DNA from: the human T2T-CHM13v2.0 reference genome, Homo sapiens
Assembly: GCF_009914755.1 (NCBI RefSeq)
Contig: NC_060935.1
Direction: 5' to 3' (one strand)
DNA: 64,000 bases
Shown here: positions 56,477 to 64,000 of the stretch, one piece after another
How the letters are laid out: each line of letters opens with the position of its first letter
How positions within the stretch are numbered: the stretch's first letter is position 1
The notes under the pieces: generated by a model
What the model was told of the DNA's origin: nothing
The model's input: the letters and a program-made list of their open reading frames with translations, nothing else
Database searches by the model: none
Made by a program: the position numbers and the translations under genes

Positions 56477-56530
<54 letters not shown>
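56477..56530. repeat. (CA)n(GA)n compound microsatellite
   Basis: Read directly. Confidence 0.95.
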
Positions 56531-57544
56531 CCTTCCATCCCTTCAGCTAAGTGAATATCTCATTAAAGGCAAGTAAGCTGTGAATCATGACTAAAAATTT
56601 CCCCACAGAACTGCATGTAAATTCTTAAATACTAATTAGTGGATAATAGGGTATTTTGGAAAAGAGATGGTAGTTAAGAATATTCTTTTCTCAACAAATA
56701 CCACCCACTTCTATGACTACATCCCCTCTCATACACAAATATACACACCCACATTGTTAGAAGAATAGAAATTAGACCCTTAGGAATTAACTTGGAAAAG
56801 TTTTCTACTTCTAAAATGTAGCCAAACTTACTTCTAAAATAACAAAGCAGTGTCTTAGCTCAAAGGACAGTGTAGATGAAAACACAGCCTCTCTTGGCAG
56901 TATGAGAAAGATTTGAGTATTTCATTTTATCTGTATGTCTGATTAAAATGCAGAACTGAGTTATTTCATCAACACTTTTAATGCAGTCATCATCATCACC
57001 ACCTCTTTAAAGAGGAGCAGTAGAGAGTATTGTCTAGTCTACACAACTTTCCAGAAATGTTTGAATTAATTCAATCACGGACTCACAATTTTGGAAACCA
57101 TTCATTTTTCTTCTTTTCCTGTTAACAAAATATTTCAGGTAGAACTCACATTCACTGGTTGTAGTTAACCAATCATAAAGATTAAAAAGGGACAGTGAGT
57201 CTTCTTTTGGCTTTGCTTGCCTATGTCTTTGGCTGTGTGTCAAAAGCACTCAATTTTGCCATCATAATTCTTTAATAATGTGGCTTGTAGTATTGATTTC
57301 AGTAAACAGACCCTAGAGAGCCTAATAGATTTTAGAGATTTATGAATGATAAGTAGGCCCATTTGGTCATGTCTTACAGAGTAATAAATGTCTGAGCCAA
57401 TTTCCTTTGCCTTTGTACACGCAGCATCTACTCTTTGCCTAATGCAGGCTTTGAATGGAAGTGGAATTGGCTGATGAAGAGCCCAGGCTTCAGTGCCTGA
57501 CCACTAGGGTGGGAACCTGACTTTGCCAGTGACTGGTGACTTGC

Positions 57545-60060
57545 AACTATTCATTTATTCATTCAAAAATATTAATAAATAATTCAAAATATTTATTGAG
57601 TACTGACAATCTGCTAGACACTCTTTTAAATGCTCATGATACAACAAAGAACCAAACTAAGCTCCCTGCCCTTCTGGAGTTTATTCTCACAGGAAAAGAG
57701 AAAGAGAGAATAAGCAATAGTTATTAGAAAACAAGTAAGTAACTATACATGGCATATTAGACTGTGCTAAGTATAACATGGGGGAAAATACAGAGTCAGT
57801 GACAGGGACAGTAAGGTGAGAAGTTGTCATTTTAACTAAGGTAGTTTGGGGAGACCTTACTGACATTTAACAAACATTTAAACAAAAAGTTGAAGTGGGT
57901 GAGGGATTTATCTATCTGTAGAGTTCAAGGAACATTATGGAAGCCACTTTGGCTAGAACACTCCAGATTCATATACTCAGTTACTTACCTAACAGTGAAC
58001 ATCTACAATTGAATGTCACTCAGTCATCTCAAACTTTACATGTCTAAACTGTAACTCTGGATTTTCTCTCACAACACATCTCTGCCACCAGCTCCAATCT
58101 TCTTCATTTCAGTGAGTAACCCTGACATCTACCCAGTTGCAGAAGTCAAAAACCAAGGAAATGAGCTTGATTCCATCTTACCCAGCCATACCCACATTCA
58201 GTGCGTAATTAACTTCTGTCATAACAATCTCCAAATGATCGTGCAACTGTCCACTTCCCTGGGAGATTCTCTGCTGCCACACTATGCTAGGCCCCATCAT
58301 CTTTTTGTCACCTAACTGCTCCCTAACTAGTCTCCATGTCCATTCCCATGTCCATCCTTGCTTTCCTCAAATCCACATATCATGCAACACCCAAAAGGAA
58401 CTCTTTAAATATAAATCAAACCATATCACTCCCTTGCTTGAAACTATTCAAAATAATAATTCCAGATGAAAATATAGTTGAATTTATTTATAATTCATTT
58501 ATGCTGTGGGAGTAGAACTGGTCTTTTAATCACAGCATAAAACCTAGGTGCCATAAAGAACAACTTGATAAATTTGACTACTTGAAATCAAAACCCTGGA
58601 AAACAAAATATCAAGCTGTGAAAATATATACTATACCAGGCATACTTTCCTTGATTACAAATTAATCATTTCACAAGGAGCTCAGATAAATCAATGATGA
58701 AAAGAATGACCCAGTAGAAATGTGGTTAAAATGTAGGAATAGGATCACAAAAATACAAACATAAAAAACTTATAAACGTAAGAAAAGAAACTCGATTGTA
58801 AGAAATTAATTTCAAATGACATTGAGAAACCATTTTTTATTTCCCAAATATAAATTAAAACATTTTCTGATATCCAGTATTGTGGATTGTGTAGGAAAAT
58901 AGACACTCTTGTATAATCGGACGGAGCAGTTTTAAGTTGGCGAAGTTATTCTGGAAAGACATTTTAACATTATCTCTCCATGATATTTCTTAATAATAGC
59001 ACTTGCAAAAGTGTGTCATGATGTACATATGAAGATGTTTCTTGTAGTATTATTTGTCATAACAAAAAAAGAAAGCCACAAAAATATCAATAGGTGACTA
59101 CTTAAAAAAATCATATACTCATAATATAGAATATTATGCACTTTTAAATAAGAATGAGATATTCTGTGAGTGCTGATATATTTTTATGTGAAAGGGTAAA
59201 TACAGAATATGATACAAATATAACCTCTCTATATATGTATATATAATATAAATATATTACATATATATTTGCATAAAATTTTAAAGAAAATAAACTTTAA
59301 TAGTGAATACTCTTAGGAAAAGGGCATGAGCCATCAGAGTGAGAAACAGAAATATGTGGTGTTCACATGTATAAAAACAAAACTTTTATTTTTAATCAAA
59401 ATATGCTACTTGGGCAGGAAGATTATGGATCATTTAATTTTTTGCATTTCTCTGTATTAAAATAAAGAAAAGTAAATGCCATACAATTTCAAAAAGAGAA
59501 GATCTGATCTTAGAAATAACAATGTAAACTCTTTTAAAATACCTTCAATGGTTCCCCATTGCACCTAGAATATGATCCAGGCTTCTTACCATGGCCTAGA
59601 TCCCATAACCTGCATGCACTAGGCTTTGTCTACCACTTTTACCACTCTTTCCTGCAACTAAACAACATCCTCGCTGCATTCTTTCAATTTTTCAAATGTG
59701 CCATAGTATGAGAGCCTCAGGAGCTTTGCACCTGCCACTCGTTCTGCTAAGGATATTCTTCCTCTGGCTCTGTATGGCTAACTCCTCATTTTTTAGATCT
59801 TGGCCTAAATGTCACTTCCTCAGAAGATCTTTTCCCATCTGCTCTAACTGAAGATGTTCCCCTACTCCTAATTATTATCTCAGGTCTTAGTTTATTCCTT
59901 CATATTGTCTTCTAATTCTTTTGTTTATTTTTTCTTTTACATTTTTGGAGAGTAAGCGCAGGTGGACCTTCCACTAAAACACATCTCCTCGAAGAGAGGG
60001 AATCACGTTTCTTTTGTTCACCTTTGTGTTTATGTCCAATGCCTAGCACATAGTAGGTTT
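57545..60060. mobile_element. Mosaic of L2 fragments and an old L1ME-like segment (about 58480-59500)
   Basis: L2 motifs (tttattgagtact, catctcaaactttacatgtc, aatgtcacttcctcaga, tgcctagcacatagtagg); L1M motifs (ttgataaatttgact, tcacaaggagctc). Confidence 0.6.
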
Positions 60061-60938
60061 GCAATAACCAAGGTGACCACATAATTGATCATCCAGATAG
60101 TGACAATTTTCTAAAAAAAAAAAAAAAAAAAAAAAAAAGGAGCTGAGTAATTCCTCCAGGGCAAAAAGTACAAACAGGAGAGTTTTAGATTTCATGCTCA
60201 ATGATTTCATTAGGAAAAAGAGACAGCTCAAAATAGACAAATATTAAAAATCTGTCTTTAAAAGTTGTTTTCTGAACTCCCCCTCTCCCTTTATGCTGTT
60301 TCTTGTTCCTGCTGTCCACAAACAGAAATGGCAAGGTTTCCATTTATCTTTTGGGTTGACCTTCTAATTTAATTCAGCCAGCTAATCTATAGGACTTGCC
60401 TCAAACTATAATTCTTCTCCCTAATTCCAATTGCTGCTCCTTTACTACACTTGATTGAAAAATAACACCATGCAAACGGTCCTCAAGAAAACATTTCTAA
60501 CTCAGAATTGGACTTTGTCCAGGCAGAATTCAGAACTGCAGTTAAATATGTTGTCAATTTCCCTCTAAACTGTGATAACTAAATTAATGAGAATCAACTT
60601 TATTTTCCCCTGCTTGGCCAGAAGAGATTAAAAATAAATAAAGATATAGCCACATATCTGCCATGATCACTCTTATTAAATAATTCAGTCCTCCACAATG
60701 CCCTGGAGGGCTACCGGTTTATCAATGTTATTACACAAATATGCATGTGCACACACACATACACTGAATAAAAGGTAGCCTACAAGAGTGTAATTCTTGA
60801 CACTCTAGGATGTCCACACATCTCAAAGGGACAGGTATATTTCTTTGCAAATTTCTGGGACAATAGTATGAGTTGGATGAACCTAAGTTTGAACTAAGCT
60901 CAAACAATAACTATAGAATTATTTAGACTTTTTTCCTT

Positions 60939-60989
60939 AGTTTCTTATCTTTCTACATGAGGTCAGTTTCTTATCTTTCTACATGAGGT
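60939..60989. repeat. Short tandem duplication (25 bp x2, period 26)
   Basis: agtttcttatctttctacatgaggt at 60939-60963 and 60965-60989. Confidence 0.92.
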
Positions 60990-61654
60990 GGGTACATGGT
61001 ACCTAATTTGTGGGGTTTTGTGGGATTAAGTGGAAATCTCATAGTAAATCTTATTATCCAAATATCAGCCCAGTACTTGGCATATATATAAAATGTTCGA
61101 TAAATGTTAGCTTCTTTGATACTTTTTCTCTCCCCCTACGCCCACCACAGGAGAGCAGCATGCATTTCCCAGGACACATCAACCTAACATGTAGGCTTTG
61201 CAGTGGGGAGGAGGGTTATAAGGAAAGAGGAAAGGGGGAAGTGAATAATGAGGGTAAAGATCGTAATGATTTGTCATTCTCCCTGTGAAACTATTTTGTG
61301 TTCTTGGTACTGCTGCTTGTGTTCCCTCCATTCTGATTCACAAGAGTCTTTTCTTAACAGCTTCCAGATACATGATGTTCTGACAAGCTAACTGAATACA
61401 GCAGTTTTACATTTTTGACTTGACCCTTAGAAATAAGCCATTATACTGTTAGCTTTTTTATTACTAAGTATTATACTGTATATAAGAGAAATCCCTCCTT
61501 CAGCTTCAGTAGGTATGAATGACGTAGGTATGAAAATCTGGGACAGAGCACAAATCAAGGGGAGCTATCAACAATGGTAGAAGGGTCAAAGGTGGGTTGC
61601 AGTCTAGATGGAGCAGAGAGTTCAAGTGTCTGCAGGTGCTACTTGAAAACACTA

Positions 61655-62122
<468 letters not shown>

Positions 62123-64000
62123 TTAAAAACCTCAGCCCCAGTGTTTTAAAGTTTCTCCGTTAATCAAATGTATATATCCTCAGGCAAATAGGATGGCCAG
62201 TAAATCCCTCTATTTTTCCAGAACTCCTGAGGCAGGCACTCAGTTAGAACACACCTGCTGGGATTCTTACTACCCAAAAAAACAATTAGAAAACTTTTAA
62301 ACTCACAAGGAAGAAAATGCCAAAATTTGAATCTTGCTGAATGTCTTTGCAACTCTCTCCCATTTTTTGGTGCAAAATATGAATGTAATTAGTAATTTGT
62401 GTTTGAAGTTTCTCTTTGTCTATGTAAAGCTTCAGCTCAAAATATTTTAGTATCTGCTCTTTCCTTCAGCAATGTTAAATGAAGCATTGCAAATTCAGCT
62501 TTATATACAATTATTTTTTGAAAAACAAATCCTAAAAGAATATTTAAATTTAATTTCATAAAGAAACCAAATTTACCACATTTCCATTTTGTAATTATTT
62601 CCCTTTGTTTTCAAGCAGTTATGGCCATGAATGGTTGTTTTCTTCATAGTAATATTTCTTTTCTGGCATTTGAAGAAAGGATACTTAGCTTTCAAATTAA
62701 TAGTGTTCTTTTACACTATTCTTACCTATTTGGAAACCCTATGATGCACAGACACTTACAAAATTTGGAAAAAGACCACATTTCCATTTGAAAAAATTGG
62801 AAAATAATTACAAGAACTGTCACTGAATTTTTGGCTAACAAAATACAGCGAAATAGAATAGGCAAATGTCAATAAGTGAGTGCATTTAATGTAAATGAAT
62901 TATTTGCTATAACAATGATGCAAATTTATTCTCATGACTACTTCTTGCTCCAGAGCGACTCCTTAGTGTTAAGAAGTTAGGACTAGTAATAGGCCAAATG
63001 AGGTGTGGGTAGTACTTTACTTTATCTTAGAAGTGGCAGAGCTGACACTGACCTGAGCGAATGACATTAGCTTTCTCTTAATCCTTGGGTGCATTGATGT
63101 ATTTTCCAGCCCTTCTTTGTGTCTCTCTTGAAGTGTGCCCCTTCCTTCGCACAAGCCCCTTGGGCCTCCTGAAAACATATAAACTCAAATATGTGCATCC
63201 CTCCTATAATTAACCACACCTCTCTGAAGTCCTCTGCACTGGAATAATTACCTCGTGTTCATCTCTGTCACATGAAATTTCAACCCAATACCTGAAGGAG
63301 CCAGACAGCAGCTTGTTCTACCTATAATTCCTTGATCAAAGTATTAATGCCTCTGAACTTGTTTTCATATATTTAAATTAATGATGATAATACTTATTTC
63401 ATACTGCTTCTGTGAAGACTAAGTAGGTTAATATATGGGTAAACCCTACTATGGTGCTACTAACCTCTAAACTCTAAACTAGAGAAAGCTGCATTTCTAC
63501 ACACCCTTCAGAACCCTGGTCTTGAGTAAGATTTAGGGTATTTACTTTACTTTTACCCCAGTCCAGCCAAAGATGCTGTAAAATTAATGGTGACAATGGC
63601 TATATTGAAATGTGGGGTGCCAATCCTATTGACCACAGGCACTGCCTCTTTGTGGGAGGAATTATTTTCAAAGATCAAGGTTCCTGGAGTTTAACTAACA
63701 GAGAACCACTTAGCATTGATCTTTCTATGTCTTTATTCTGTTCAGAACATTATAGAAAAGACTTATATTTTTAAAAGAGTCTCTTTTGTGCATATATTGC
63801 TGTGTAAAAAAAAACTAATTTCCATATATAGCAGTTCAAAATAACAAAGGTTCAAAAGCAGAAGTTTTGTTTTTGAGCCAGAAAACAAAAACAGCTTAAC
63901 TGAGGGTCTCTGTCCCAAGGTCTCTCATAAGCTTATGAGGTTGTATTTGAGCCATAAGCTGGAACTGTTGTTTCATCTGAAGTCTTGATGGGGAAAGTGT

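Overview
Human or great-ape genomic DNA at the 5' end of GUCY1A2 (soluble guanylate cyclase alpha-2), which is transcribed on the minus strand. A CpG island at about 12.7-14.5 kb holds the promoter, a GC-rich 5' leader with two AUG-initiated upstream ORFs, and the 303 coding nt of exon 1 (ATG at 13160, GT donor after 12858). Bases 1-12857 are intron 1. The ~49 kb to the right of the island is upstream, repeat-rich intergenic DNA: Alus, L1, L2, MIR, MaLR/ERV LTRs, DNA transposons, and a full two-LTR THE1 element nested inside an ERV1 LTR. I found no other protein-coding gene, RNA gene or clearly new multi-gene system. The best leads are the uORF pair in the GUCY1A2 leader, several local duplications and fold-back inversions (37-bp dispersed repeat, 90-bp x3, 98-bp x2, perfect 28-bp and 21-bp inverted repeats), an apparently chimeric L1PB/L1PA element, and a THE1 internal ORF still open for 212 codons. 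Repeat subfamily names come from my recall of consensus sequences and need RepeatMasker/Dfam confirmation.
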